64,000 nt of DNA from Hemiscyllium ocellatum (GCF_020745735.1 NC_083414.1:44088013-44152012); one strand, 5' to 3'; numbered from the stretch's first letter, positions 49,716 through 62,800 are shown. Notes: generated by a model from the sequence alone, not told the origin. Numbers and translations are program-made.

Positions 49716-51275
49716 ATTTCAGCCTAAGATAAAGCCTGAGATTTTGGTTTCTTGTCGACATTTTTTATTTTGAAGGGAAGATGAATGTAATGTACCCTCA
49801 GCTGAAATGCTGCTTTTCTGGCATCATTTTACTTCTGCCATTCTTAGAGATATGACAGAGGTCAAGAAAGTCCCATCCCACAATTAGCAGGTAACCAATT
49901 AAGAGTATTTAATTGGGAGAGGTGGTGGCCTCATGGTATTTTCGATCGATCATTAATCCAGAAACCCAGAATAATGATTTGAGGACATGGCTTTGAATCT
50001 TGCCACAGCAGAATTTGAATTCAATTAAAAAAATCTGGAATTAAGAGTTGACTGATTACCATAAAACAATTGTCAATTGTCAGAAATACCCAGCTGATTC
50101 ACTAATGTCCTGTAGGGAAGAAAATCTGCCATCCTTACCTGGTCTGGCCTACATGTGACTCCGTAGCCACAACGATGTGGTTGACTCTCAACTACTCTCT
50201 GAAATGGCCTCACAAGCCAATCAGTTGTATCAGTCGCTAGGAAGTCACAACGAAGACATGAAACTGGACTGCTCTACTGGCAATGTGGGGCAATCCACAG
50301 CAAGTGGACTGCAGTGATTCAAGAAGGCAGCTCACCACCACCTTCTCAAGGGCAAATAGCGATAGGCTGTTAATGCTGGCCAGCCAGCGATGCCCAAGTC
50401 CCACAAATGAATTTAAAAAAAACTTGAAAGCTTGCTAAGACCTATTGTCATAAGGCAATTGGAATTTTCCAGTCAGCCTCCAGACCCTCCAAGATATTGC
50501 AGACTAGGCCAGCTGCCTACAAGTGGCAGACCTGGAGGGTTAACATTTAAGACAGATTTCGTGGCCATATCTCACTCTACAGTTGTACTCCCCTGACAAT
50601 AGAGGTCATTTCTTAAATTTGAAAGTTTAAGGTTTTGGAGACAGGTGACTCAAAGTGGAAGCCCGCCCTCTCTCCTTGACTCCTACTTGAAGTACAGACT
50701 TCATCTCCTTCCAAACTGTGCATCCTCCTGACCTTCCACATTCAAAAGCCAATTTGCTTCCCTTTATTTGGATGTTTCCCCATGCTCTTCCCACCCCTCT
50801 GGTCAATGATTGTTCACTTTGAGGAACATCTCTACTTGCTGACTATTTCACCCGCACAGAGTGGGGTTGTGACTCCCATCTATTCCTCACGTCAGGATTC
50901 TGTCCAAAAATGAAAATAAAATAGTGCCTGTGCTTTCTAGCTATGGATTTGTTAGAAAGAAAATCTGTTGTTCTGGGAGGCTAAGTATTAAAATGTGCTA
51001 AGCTTCATTCCTTTCTAATGTGTTGGGGAAAACTTTCTCAATATCCGTTCAAATGAAAAAAATATATCTTTCCTGTAGTTTTAGGCTGAATAAATCTGTA
51101 TAAAATACCTTAATGTTGTTGGTCATATTGCATGGTATATAGTTGTGTCCATACATTACCTTGTAACCAGGCTAATCTAGTATTTGATGACTAATTAATT
51201 TCAGCCTAATGATAAAGCCTGAGACTTTGGTTTCTTGTGGACATTTTTGTATTTTGAGAGGAAGATGAATGTAAT
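49716..51275 (+). repeat. ~77-bp direct repeat pair (49716-49791 and 51198-51275)
   Basis: ATTTCAGCCTAA(T)GATAAAGCCTGAGA...GGAAGATGAATGTAAT occurs twice. Confidence 0.92.
49915..50422 (+). mobile_element. tRNA-headed SINE sharing both head and tail with the LINE at 13955-16965
   Basis: A-box-like TGGCCTCATGG and B-box-like GCTTTGAATCT; body TTCACTAATGT...TGCCATCCTTACCTGGTCTGG..ATGTGAC matches 16730-16800 (minus); tail CTCAAGGGCAA...ATGCTGGCCAGCCAGCGATGCCC followed by an A-rich end. Confidence 0.82.
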
Positions 51276-52264
51276 TAATTTTCAGAGTGTTGGGGTTCTT
51301 CATTACTCACTGTTCGATCTGGATACATCCAACCTCAATATCCATAAGTATGTGCTCTGTTCATTTTGTTGCAGTGCAAGAGGTTGTCAGACTTCATTTA
51401 AGTTCCATTGATACATACCTTTGTCGCATAATTGATTTGGTGAAAGCATAAGATTCATAGAATCATAGATTCCTCAAAATTTTATTCTGGGCAATGGCAG
51501 ACAGGACATCATGAAACTCATGCGTCACCACATTTAACTTCAAATGGGAAAATTCAGCCCCACATGTTAGTTTATCATTTCAATTGTATACAGTGTCTAA
51601 AGCCACCATTAAAGTAATTGATCATCCGTCAATTAATCTCAGAAACCTGGATTCTGACTGAGTGGGTTGAGTTTTCATGTTTCTGATAGTGATACCAGTG
51701 AGGTGTGGGTGGAATCAGATGAAATAGTGCAAAAGATTGGAAAGATTTAAAAGAAAATGAGTTACACGCCAAAACACGTATTGTTTTGTTTTCTACGTTA
51801 TTTAAACTGCTTCCAGATCCAATTTGCCCATTTCAAGTTCCTGCTCTAAAACTGGTCACTAAGTGAAAGTCTAGAATGTGCCAAATCAAATTTCACATGG
51901 CAGGTTTTTTGGTATACAGACACTAATAGGCATGAGATTACTTTGACAAGACTTTCCATTTCACGTCACATTTACTTTGCTAAGAAAATGACTAGTGTAC
52001 ACCAAATAAATGATTAAATGTTTCAGTAGAAAGTTTTGGAAGTAATTTAATTTCAAATCAATGAAAATTATTCTCAGGTGGAGAAATGGGCATCCTCTTT
52101 CAAAATGTTTATCTTCCCTTTCACGCAAAACCTATGGTTTCTTTTTGTCTATTTCAAACATCTAACAGTTAGGGTAGAAAAGCCATGTAATTAACTTGAG
52201 TTTATATATCTGAGCCAGATTTGTTTTGCTGGAGCTATTGTTTGGCTTTCACTAGTTTTCAATT

Positions 52265-52480
52265 TTAGCTACTTTCAATGTTTTGAAAATGTTCCATCAT
52301 TCCTTTATCCATTTTCACACGGCATTTCATTCCATTGTACAACTTATCAAAGCCTTTTGCAAATGTTTCTGGTATTTCATACAATCCTGTGATTTCCCAC
52401 AACAGTCTGTCAATGTTCCCAAAAGCTTTCGCGAACACTATTCTCCACAGATGGCTTCACCGATTGCTTTTTGTTACAAA
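52265..52480 (-). pseudogene. Ancient RTE-clade reverse transcriptase fragment
   Basis: A minus-strand frame not in the ORF track reads FAKAFGNIDRLLWEITGLYEIPETFAKGFDKLYNGMKCRVKMDKGMMEHF, matching RTE RT 'DFEKAFDSIDR..LW.IL..YGIP......I..LY....C.V.....T..F'. Confidence 0.72.
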
Positions 52481-52993
52481 CTGTAGCCTTAATATCAGCA
52501 CATCACAATTCTAATGATAACATTTTGAGATAAACTTGCACCTATGAATTACACTCAATATGAGAGAAGAAACTCTTAAATTGATGTAATCAATGGGAGT
52601 ATTAATATTTTAAGCTGAAAATACATAAACAGAAATTAAACATTATCATGGAAGATTTGATTTATATAAAACAGAATCTTTGTTTGACAAACAGAATAAA
52701 AGTACAAGAAGAAGCAACAAGCTGAAATACAACTTAACAAAGGTAACAGATTGTTGCCAAATAGTCATTCCCAGAGAATGTTGTTGATGGGTGCATCTTA
52801 TGTAATTTTCAAACTCAATAAAAAGTAAGTTTCATCTTGTTTAGCTGTATTTCATTCCCATTCATCTTACTTATGGAGAGCTATTAAAAAAACAATGTTT
52901 TTGTTTATGTTATTTGGGAAAATATTAAATTATGAACATATTGAAGGAATATTAAAAGGGAATATGTCGTTTAATTTTATATAATGTTTTGAC

Positions 52994-53091
52994 TAACACA
53001 GAAATTGCTGGAACAACTCGGCAGGTCTGGCAACATCTGTGGAGAGAAATCAGAATTAACCTTTCAGGTCCAGCGACTCTTCTTCAGAACT
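52994..53091 (-). mobile_element. PLE pLTR fragment (third family)
   Basis: CAGAAATTGCTGG...GCAGGTCTGGCAACATCTGTGGAGAGAAATCAGAATTAACCTTTCAGGTCCAGCGACTCTTCTTCAGAAC; degenerate hammerhead on the minus strand. Confidence 0.85.
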
Positions 53092-55546
53092 AGTTTAACT
53101 TCAGAACTGGTTTAATTCAAATATTCTTTATTATTGTTAGTTCCTTTGGGTTAAAGCATCAACAGAAACTTATTGCTGAATGATAGTTTCCAATTCTGGA
53201 TATCAATTAAACATAGTGCAACCATGTTTAGTAATTCGACACATATTTAACCTCACTACTGTTTTGTAACAAATGAATATTGCTATGTAAAGAATTATCT
53301 GATGTAAATGCTCTAAATGTCATTTTTGCGATTTGATCAAAGGTCATCACTGCCTCATTTTTTTATTTGATATGAAATTTCTATCCTGGTTTTAAGTGTC
53401 ATGATTATTTAGCATAGTGGAGTGACAACAGATGCTGAATTCATGGAAACCTCCCTTTCATTTCTGTCATATCTAACAAAGCTGACATGGAGATTTATAT
53501 TTGAATGAATTTTCCAATGGATATTCCTACATATATCGAGGTTTGATGAAATAAAAATCACTATTTTCAATGATATAATAGGCTCAATTAAATAGTAAAA
53601 TGTGTTTTAATTTACTTACCGTGGTTTATTTTTCCAAGGTTCATTTCCATGAGAGACAGTTTTTTTTAATGTAAAATATATATTTAAGCCTATTATTTTA
53701 TATTCCTCTGAATTTTTTTTGCCTTAATGCAAAAGCTAATCTGTCCTCAGTTTACTGAACTGTACATTCACAACTTCCAGAAGGTAATTATCCTAAACTT
53801 GTTTTTTTTATGCCATGTTATGTTTCAGCACGTCATCATAATTTGGTCCCATATCTCTGCTGAATGGTGATTTTTAAACAATGTCTTGATGGCCTCTAAA
53901 TTTTCACCCAAAATAAAAAGGAACTAATTTTTTCCCCTTTTTTTATGCGTAAATGTGGGCACAATTTCAAGCACAGTTACATGTGGAAATCTAAAAATTG
54001 TTGTTGGAGATGCATCATTATTACTATTAGCTTCAGGGAAAACACTTTGCCTTGCCATTGAAATACATGAAATTGATGTATTTAATCTAGAGAAATGAAT
54101 TAAAAGCTGTCTTGTCTTTTCCATTCTAAGTTCTGTTCTAATGACATTGTATTTATTAATTATGGGGTAAGAAACTCTCCAGTATGGAAAACTTATTATA
54201 TATGATCTGTTCAATATAGTCTCATTTTACTGGAAGGTTTTGGTGCTAAAGCCTCCTGCTAACTGTGTTTGGGTATTGGACAGTTATCAGGAGCGATCTT
54301 CTCCTTACCTCTAGTAGCCATCCACAGAGTCTACTGTTGACCTGAAGATGTGCAGAACCTGGGACTCTTGCAGGTTGAAAGAGGAATCATGGTAGCTGCC
54401 ATAAAACCAAGTACCAGATGTGCTTCCTCTACTTGCAGACCAGTCATTCAATAACTGGAAGCCTGATCTGTTCATGAATCTGTTTAGAAGCTCTAATCAT
54501 TGTGCCTCAATAGTTAGCTGTGTACAGAAGATGGACTCTGAACCTAGGAGAATCCACTAATGGAAATGTATGCCAATAGCCTCAATGTCTGTCCCTGGCT
54601 ATCTGTCTCAAACTGCATGCATTTCCCTGCCCCCTGCAGTATGAAATCCATGAGCTGCCTAATGGTTTGATGGGCTGTTTGGTAAGAGATACCACCTAGG
54701 TCGGCAGCAATGCCTGAGACCTGCTGCCTGAATCGGTGCCAGTCTTCTTCACCACTGATTCTCTGTCATTGACAAGTGGCTGATACTTGGTTAGTGTCTA
54801 CTTCCTTGCAGTCTCTAGGTTCCTTTAGCTTCCACCTTTACCAGGAGGATGCTGTGCTGATGCTCTTTTTTTGTTACTCCATTCAATGTCAGAGAAAAGC
54901 CTGTTTCCATCTCAACTCCCCCAGTTGCCTCTCATACATTCACTGGGATTTCCTCTATCAACCTCTCTGGCTCAAGTGACAGCAATGGCCTCACATCCCT
55001 CTCCGAATGCAATGACTCATTGTTTCCAAACACCCAGTCTCTCAGCGCCAGCAATGGTAATGAATTGAACAGCTGAATATAAGCCTCCTGATCTTAAACA
55101 AGTGTTGACCTGCGCATCCATTAGCACTCAGGAGTCCCATTATGTTCATGGCAGCTGCAACCTGACATGTCTCATATGCTCAGATTTCCCCTATAGCCTG
55201 ACCGAAAACTTAAAACTAATGCTCAAGAGCCTTTTAGTGAGGACAAAAACCACAAGGTGTGTGTACTTCCTGCTTTCATCCACCTTAAAAATCACTTCGT
55301 TTTCTTGTTGTGTTTTGATCCAGTGATGTTACATGAGAATGCAGTTTTCATTGTAAGTCCACATTCAATTTCAACCCCTTGGGCAAATCAAAATACAGCC
55401 CATGAAGTTAAGTAATGATTATTTCTATGTATTGAACAATGTAATAATAAGGAATATTTGAACTAAACTAATTGTAGGCAGAATTGGCTCTGTAGGTAGC
55501 CATAAAGCTAGGGGAATCTTTGTTAGATATGCATAAACATTGCAAT

Positions 55547-55793
55547 TGAGAGTGTGGTGCTGGAAAAGCACAGCAGGTTTGGCAGCATCAGCACTCGAGA
55601 TCAGAGTCGAGGGTGTGTTGCTGGAAAAGTACAGCAGGTCAGGTAGCATCCAAGGAGCAGGAGAATTGCTGATGAAGGGCTCTGGCCCAAAATGTTGATT
55701 CTCCTGCTCCTCGGATGCTACCTGACCTGCTGTACTTTTCCAGCAACACACTCTTGACTCTGATCTCGAGTATCTGCAGACCTCAATTTCTCC
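55547..55793 (+). mobile_element. Fold-back mini-PLE insertion C (two inverted partial pLTRs + one direct pLTR)
   Basis: Perfect TSD CATAAACATTGCAAT at 55532-55546 and 55794-55808; the direct arm starts at the hammerhead core CTGATGAAGGGCTCTGGCCC. Confidence 0.92.
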
Positions 55794-56530
55794 CATAAAC
55801 ATTGCAATGTTGAGTAAGAGACAAATTAAAACTTGGTATCCATGAGGGCACTGTGGGCCAATAGCAACAGCTGTAGCAGAATTGTACTCAATGAAAATCT
55901 ATAGCGTCATGGGCTGACATAACCTCACTCTGTTTTTTTCACCATGTCATGGGATCAATTTCGATTCAGTGAAAGGTAAAGGAGGCCACAAACTGTACTA
56001 GGCAAACCTAAGACTAAAGGTGTCATTCTTGTGAAACTATGACACAGGGCTACATGTATGTCAAACAGGGAAACACATACAAAAGACAGAACTAAACAAT
56101 CCCACAATCAACAGGTCAGATCGAAGATCTGCAGTCTTACCACATCCAGTCATAAATTTCAGTGCATAACTAATAACTAACAGGCAGTGGAGTTTCCACA
56201 AATATCCCCATCCTCAACATTGAGAAACCCACACATCAGTGCAAAGGACAAGGCAGAAGTATTTACATCCATCTTCAACCAGCAGTGTCATGTACATGAT
56301 ATACCTTGAAGGTACGTAGCACTATGCATGTCAGTCTTCAATGATTTTGAATCAGTCTGCATAATAATCAAGAAACTACTGAAGGTACTGGATACTACAA
56401 AGACTATGGACCTTTGAAAACTTGTAGTACAGAATTAATCGCATCCAAGGCAAAATATTATAAGGCAGTTACAACACTGGTATTTGCCTGACAATGTGGA
56501 AAATTGCACTGGAATGTCCTGTGTACAAAA

Positions 56531-56602
56531 CAGTAGGAGGCTGGAAGACCCCTCCTGCTTGTCCACCTTGGATTCCAGCATTTGCAGTTTTTTTGATTCT
56601 GA
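56531..56602 (+). mobile_element. Tiny fold-back PLE pLTR tail inserted in the LINE
   Basis: GTAGGAGG ... CCTCCTGC inversion followed by GGATTCCAGCATTTGCAGTTTTT (pLTR tail); flanked by CTGTGT..AAAA duplication. Confidence 0.55.
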
Positions 56603-57004
56603 CTGTGTGGAAAAAAAGCAGGATGAATCCATCTTGGTCAATTCCTGCCTTAACTATCTATTATTGATCATCAAAGTAGTGGAATGGGTCATTGATGGTG
56701 CTGTTAAGCAGCAATTGCAAAATAGTAATCTGCTCACTGGCACTTAGCTTGGCTTCTATCAGGACCACTCAGTTCCTAGTTTTGTTACAGCGTTGGTACA
56801 ATTACTGACAAAATGGATGCAATACAGAAGCCAAGTGAAAGTGACTGCCCATCTGACTGAACCCTATCAAAGGTCAGGTCAATGAAAATCAGGAGAAAAA
56901 AATCTCTGCTGGTTGGAGTCATACCTAGCACAAAAGAGGATGGTTGTGGTTGTTGGAGATCAGTCATCTCAACTACAGGATGTGTTTTGCAGGAGTTTCT
57001 CAGG

Positions 57005-57617
57005 TGTGACAAGAGGTGTATTTTGTCTTTTTTTTAACGAAGTGATGTTGAGATGGAGATGGAGGTGGAGTGTAGTCTGTTCCAAGCTAATAAAATGAAC
57101 AGTTGCGAGGCCTTGGGTTTTTTTAAAAACTTTTTTTTAAGTTGGAACAATGGATGCAGCATAAAGGGTGGAGTCAGCCTCCTACAGAAGCAAGATTTTA
57201 GTTTAGCTTTGATTAGTGGTGAAACTGGTTGTCAAAGCTATTGCACCTTTCTCTCTGTTAGAGCTAAAAGCTTAGGTTCTCTTCCTGCTGCCAGAATGTG
57301 AGACAATCTATTTTGCTGAATTTGCCTTTGCCAAATGAATGTTTGAGGTGTTACTGTATTGGAACTGTTCCTGTTTAGGAGTTAACTATTATTCTGTAAG
57401 GTTTTCCAATAGAGTTAAAGTTAGACCAATTCTTCTTTCCTTTGTATCTTAACTGTAGAATAAGAACAAAGTGTGTTTTGCTTAAAGCCTAGTAGTGTGA
57501 CCAATTAAATTACATCTGGAACACAGTACGTTACAATTGCCTTTAAATAAGATAAAAGTCAGGGTCTAGGCTATCTACTTGATGTATTTACAGGGGGGTT
57601 TGGTCTGATCCATAAGG
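57005..57617 (+). mobile_element. Solo LTR (family A) with 4-bp TSD
   Basis: Begins TGTGAC and ends CCATAAGG (decayed ...CA); CAGG is duplicated at 57001-57004 and 57618-57621; cleanly interrupts the LINE RT; homologous to 43465-44067. Confidence 0.75.
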
Positions 57618-57801
57618 CAGGGTAGTTTCCTAGTCCCAACTGTATTCAGCTGGTCCATCATAAAGTCAGAAGTGAGGATTTCTGCTTCTGATTGTAACAA
57701 ATATTCAGCACCATTCAAGACTCCTCAGATACTGAAGCTGTGTCCGTTTTCAACTAGACTTAGCAACCAAGTTTTGAATGACATATGTAAATTAAAATTC
57801 A

Positions 57802-58410
57802 CAAGATTAGAGTGGTGCTGGAAAAGCACAGCAGGTCAGGCAGCATCTGAGGAGCAGGCCTCCAACCATCTATTGCACTCTCAACATCTTCTCCCCAGCC
57901 TCATCCTCTCCACCCTGGAGACTTTCAGGCTCATTCCTGATGAAGGGTTTTTGCCCAAAACTTCAATTTTCCTGCTCCGCAGATGCTTCCTGACCTGCTT
58001 TGCCTTTCCAGCACCAGTCTAATCTTGACTCTGATCTCCAGCATCTGCAGTCCAACCTTACTGCGAATATTCTTGCAAGGATGCCTACCTTGAAGAAGTT
58101 CTCCTCCTCTCTCTACAAAGATCTCAGAGAGTCTCTCTCTCTCTCTCACGCTCTCTCTCACTCAAACCCCAAGTCATCTCTTCTGCCCTGAAGCTGTTCA
58201 ACCACATCCTGCAACAGATTCGTCACCACAGCCATATCTGCTTCCTCAGTGCTCGTCTCCGTAACCAATTGATCCCACTTGGACTCCGGACTACATTCAA
58301 ACCAGCACAGTTTGGATCCCACAGAACAACCAGTACAGATTATAAATTCAAAACCACCAGCAACAATTCTCCTTCAACATCCTCCTCTGCTCCACACTTG
58401 CAGCCAGCTA
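57802..58410 (+). mobile_element. PLE: inverted pLTR + direct pLTR + start of ORF
   Basis: Inverted arm 57802-57858; hammerhead-like ATTCCTGATGAAGGG at ~57933; ATG 58081 MPTLKKFSSSLYKDLRESLS, then (frameshift) ALKLFNHILQQIRHHSHICFLSARLRNQLIPLGLRTTFKPAQFG. Confidence 0.88.
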
Positions 58411-58541
58411 TGCCTCAACTGAGTCACACCATTATATAATTGAATTTGTAAAGAATTGAACTTTACTGTCAGTCTCAGTGTTGAAATGCATTGACTAAGC
58501 AAGGCTGCTGTATTTGTGTGAATCAGTCACAGATATTTAGG

Positions 58542-58679
58542 AAATAAAAACTGAAAGAACTGTGGATGATGTAAATAAGAAACAAAAACAGAAATTGTTG
58601 GAAAATCTCAGCAGGTCTGGCAGCATCTGTGGAGAGAAATCAGAGTTAATGTTTCCGTTCAAGTGATCATTCCTCAGAA
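58542..58679 (-). mobile_element. PLE pLTR fragment (third family)
   Basis: ATAAAAACTGAAAGAACTGTGGATG...CAGCAGGTCTGGCAGCATCTGTGGAGAGAAATCAGAGTTAATGTTTC...TCCTCAGAA; ATTTAGG on both sides. Confidence 0.87.
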
Positions 58680-59692
58680 ATTTAGGGTTAGTAATTAAGT
58701 TAGATGCCCAGTCAATGACACGTGTAAATGACTGACAATCCATGGCTGAAATTAATGTCATTCCTTTCCTTCCAGTTATGAATTGTTTTTGAAGATCTTA
58801 AAAATGTCAAGTTTTAAATATGATTTTGTTAACTTTTCATGTTTATATTTCCCCTCCTTTTTTCCTCATTACTGTTGATTTGACATTAAATTCACCCCTT
58901 TAATTTACTATTTCTCTTTCTGTTTATTTCAGTCCTTCAATTGGAAAATGCTGGTCCTATTCATCCATGTCCTAAGTCCTTTATTTATTGCTGTACTGTT
59001 ATCAACTGTACTTCCTGCAACTTAGTGGATAAAGTCTTATTGAGCTGAATGGTTCAGGAGAAAGCTGAACAACCATCAGAAGTGTTAAGATGCTGTGCAA
59101 CAAAGACTGGCCCATTGTGTTTGGCTAATTATTTCTTGGCTTTAATTTTTATTGTACTTATTACAATCTTGTGCTGGGGGAGTGCTGTACATCACAAAAG
59201 GTGAGTTGTTTCATCTATTATGGCAATAATTCACTATATTTAATGCAGATAGTATCAGGAGGTACCCGAGGTATAATTAGATAGCAGTAATGAACTTGCA
59301 TTAGCATATTACCATTCTACCTCCTTTTCAAAATTTACTGTTTCCTAACCTCTTCAACAAACAGTTGTGGGAGAGCAATGATCTATGTTAATGATATTTG
59401 CAACATACACACATTGAAAAGTACGAGGAGGTGCAAACAATAACAGATGTACTTAAACTTATTCTTTTATTATTGAACAAATTAGAAAGCAGGCGGGATA
59501 CAGGAAAGATCAATTCATGAAACTTTCAAGTTACAATATGGCTGAAGCATATTATTGGTCACTCGGTGAAAATGGTATCATCCAAGTGTCCCTGCAGCTT
59601 AATAGGCCACTAACAATGGCAGTTTTGAGAGAGAAAAATTGTAAGCAAAGAAGATTCTCAATAATTGCTAAGGAAAGCAGAATTTTAAAGAC

Positions 59693-59872
59693 CTCATAGT
59701 CCCAGAGGATCATAGGACTGCTCTTTCCTTACAGAGAGTTTATCTTGAGAGTCATCACACCTCAGGTGAGGTTAAGGTTGAAAATTCAGCACCTTCATGG
59801 TAACCTCAGCAGGTATGAAAATTGAATGTTAGTGTCAGTCTGTATTGTTAACTGAGTTCTATAATCCAACTA
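59693..59872 (-). mobile_element. Degenerate tRNA-derived SINE
   Basis: TCATAGTCCCAGAGGATCATAGG...CCTCAGGTGAGG...CCTTCATGGTAACCTCAGC...AATTGAA resembles a common shark SINE from recall; B-box remnant on the minus strand. Confidence 0.55.
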
Positions 59873-62800
59873 AAAAAGGAATCAGACCAAAAGGTCTTCC
59901 ATCAGACTAGAAAGCCAAGAATCTCGAAAACCATTTGTTCAACTGTCAATGGCATTGTTACCACTGCAACCCAATACTGTAATGGCTGCAACATCATTTT
60001 GTCTGCTTTGCATGACTAATTCAGATATAATCCTATAATGTTTTGGACTCACCTTTTATTTCTATGCTGTGTGTGTTGTGAAGTATTTCCTATTACTTGA
60101 GCAATTAATGAATTAACAAAGAAGAGTGAATTTAAGAAAGCCTGGCTAAATTGACATCTTTTAAAACATAAGCTCACATGGCTGGGAGAAATGTTTCCAC
60201 AAGAAGGGGAAACCTTTTTAAATTAACTGTGTGGCAACCAACAGAGGGACTGGTGAATAAAGAGGAATTAGTTCATCGCTCTCTAGCCAGGAGCTTAATT
60301 ATTGGGGTTATCTTGTCTGGAATTACAATGAATTGAGGAACCTTGCCCAGGGTCATATTAAGAGTACGTAGACTTGAAGTAATTTTGTAGCTCATGAGTT
60401 ATTTCCTCTATCTTGTCTAATCTAATGCTCTGATATCTGTAATCTTGAATCTGCCTGGCGATGTAATAACTTAACCTATTTCATTGTTTAAATTAAATTT
60501 CTCTTTTTAAGTCATGAAAAGGTCTTTAGAAATTATTTAAATCCTGGTCTATCATTAACTTTTCTTCTGGATTTAATTATAATTGTTTGTTTTGTACTAT
60601 TTTAAAATTTCTTTCTACATTTAAGCTAGAAATTGTAAGACATTTTTCATTTCTGTATTTCTTTGATAACACTGAAATCAACTGTGAAATGTTTGCAGTG
60701 TTGAAAATCTTAAATATTTTAGTAAACAAAATTATATTTTCCCAACATAAAAAAAATTATGATGGCTGTTTTGCATCATGTTATTCTATTCTTGGTAAAT
60801 TTCGTGGAAGATTTGTGCCATTTATCTATCTTCCACAATTGTAGTGCACTTTTTTAAACTGAAGAAAGTGATTACTTGTGTTTTCTGCACTTTGAATACA
60901 ATTGGATATACAATAAAAGATTTATCTTTGCTTCAAAACAAATACCATTTGTGAAATCTTCCTCCACTTTCTATGTTTATGTTCTGACATTTGGAACTAG
61001 CTTGCCAATTTGTCGGATTTCCAAAAGAATTATCCTGTTTTATCGGAATTTCTTTTTACAGTCTTTAATCATTTGTGTGATTAAAAATAATGCTTTTAAT
61101 AAAGATAACACATTTTCTATGTTCAGCTTCCCATCCCAGAATTTCAGTATTAAAGAAAGAATTTCCAAATTTCCTTCTCCATGCTCAAATTAGATCTGAA
61201 GTCCAAATGTTGGCGGAGTCACGACTCAGAATTTTGCCCTAGTATCTTAAATACAACCTTTTCTTGACCTCCCTTGCCTTTCTGTTCATTTTCCTCTGGT
61301 TCCAGTCGTTTTATGCTTTTAAAGAACCAGAAGGTACATTGGACCAATGTTGTGTTGATTCTTTGCATTGAATGAGACTATTAGCACCAAATATCAGACA
61401 GATGTTGTCCCTCCTGACTGAAACTACAAGTATTGCTGCTTCTGTCCAGCAGTCTTATACTTCTTTTGGAGCTTATCTGACCTTGCCTTCCACTTCTGCT
61501 GTGCCCCACCAGTTCTAGGCCATATAAATACCAAACAAGGCTGCATGCGAGTTTGTGTGGACCATGTCTTTTGGCTATGAGATTTGCTCATTGAGTATTT
61601 TGTCTCTGTATGAATGGCATGGCCTTTCCAGCCTTCCTTGCAAGATGCCTCATTAAGCAATTTTTTTTTTCATTTTAGTCCGACTGCACTTGTATACTAT
61701 TAGCTAAATTGTAACTTTCTATGTTCTACTTCTAACTCAGCTGCCAACAATTACTTACTTAGCTAGGTCAGTGAAACACAGTGCATTTAAAAAATTGCCA
61801 AGTTTATCAAACAGCTGTAACAGGAAGATCAGCTTGTTGCAGTGATAGCAGCAGTGCTGTAGAGTCCCAGGTTGTTGTCACAGATATTCCTCTACCTTGG
61901 CCTTCTGGAAGGGGACTTCAAGCAGTTCAATTTCCTTCAAAGATTAATTGAAAAGAGCTGTCAGCTGGGAGAAGCAAATGATGCAAGCTTTTCCCAGCTT
62001 TCTGAACTTTAATTTTGCAATTTTTACTTCTCAAAAACTATTCCTGCACTTAGCACTATTTCAAGTGCAATAACTAATACAATGCTTAAAAACATGGTGC
62101 AACAATTTTTTTTTTAATTGGGAGATTATAGAAGCTAAACTTTCGAATTAACTTTAAACATCTTGGCGATCATTTTGCTATATCACACTCCACATCAGAA
62201 AGCTCCAGTAGAGACAGAAAGATGACCAGCCAGTTGGAGGGAGGGAAGGATGGTCACACATACTTATAGTAGATTCCTCATTCTTGCTGAACTGTCAAAT
62301 TGAATTTCTGCTGGACTTGTATGCTGGTACATTTGAGATAATTAATCCTACAAAAAACTATCATTGTGTCCAGGTATGTTCACCGTGCTGCTACTTAAAC
62401 TCTTCGCCCATCTCCGTCTAGATCATGAGGGTCCAGGAAATTACACCCAATGCCATTGTTACAGTTCTTACAAAATCAGTTCTTTCTAAAAAATATACAT
62501 CTGCAAACAGGCAATGAGAAACGGCACGAGCAACTTAAATAAAAAGACAATATAATTCTAAACGAGTCAGTTAATTGTTCTATTTCTCTGGGAAGAACCT
62601 CAACATTACCATGTCAATGCATTTTTTGAGATGCAAATGAAGAGGAACTGCCTGCAAAATAATGATTGGTTGTCAGGATATAAATAGCAGTTTGTGTTTC
62701 TAAGTAACATCTTTAGGTCATAACTAAACAGTTTTAAGCATTATCTCTACCCTCCATTTCATTCAAAGATATAGAGGCCAATGATTAGCTGCTTCAGCCT

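Larger units (their letters stand above)
55845..57795 (+). mobile_element. Internal fragment of the CR1/L2-group LINE with nested insertions
   Basis: HISAKDKAEVFTSIFNQQCHVHD; IIKVVEWVIDGAVKQQLQNSNLLT; LESYLAQKRMVVVVGDQSS; the GVPQG-SVLGP motif is split by the LTR at 57005. Confidence 0.85.
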
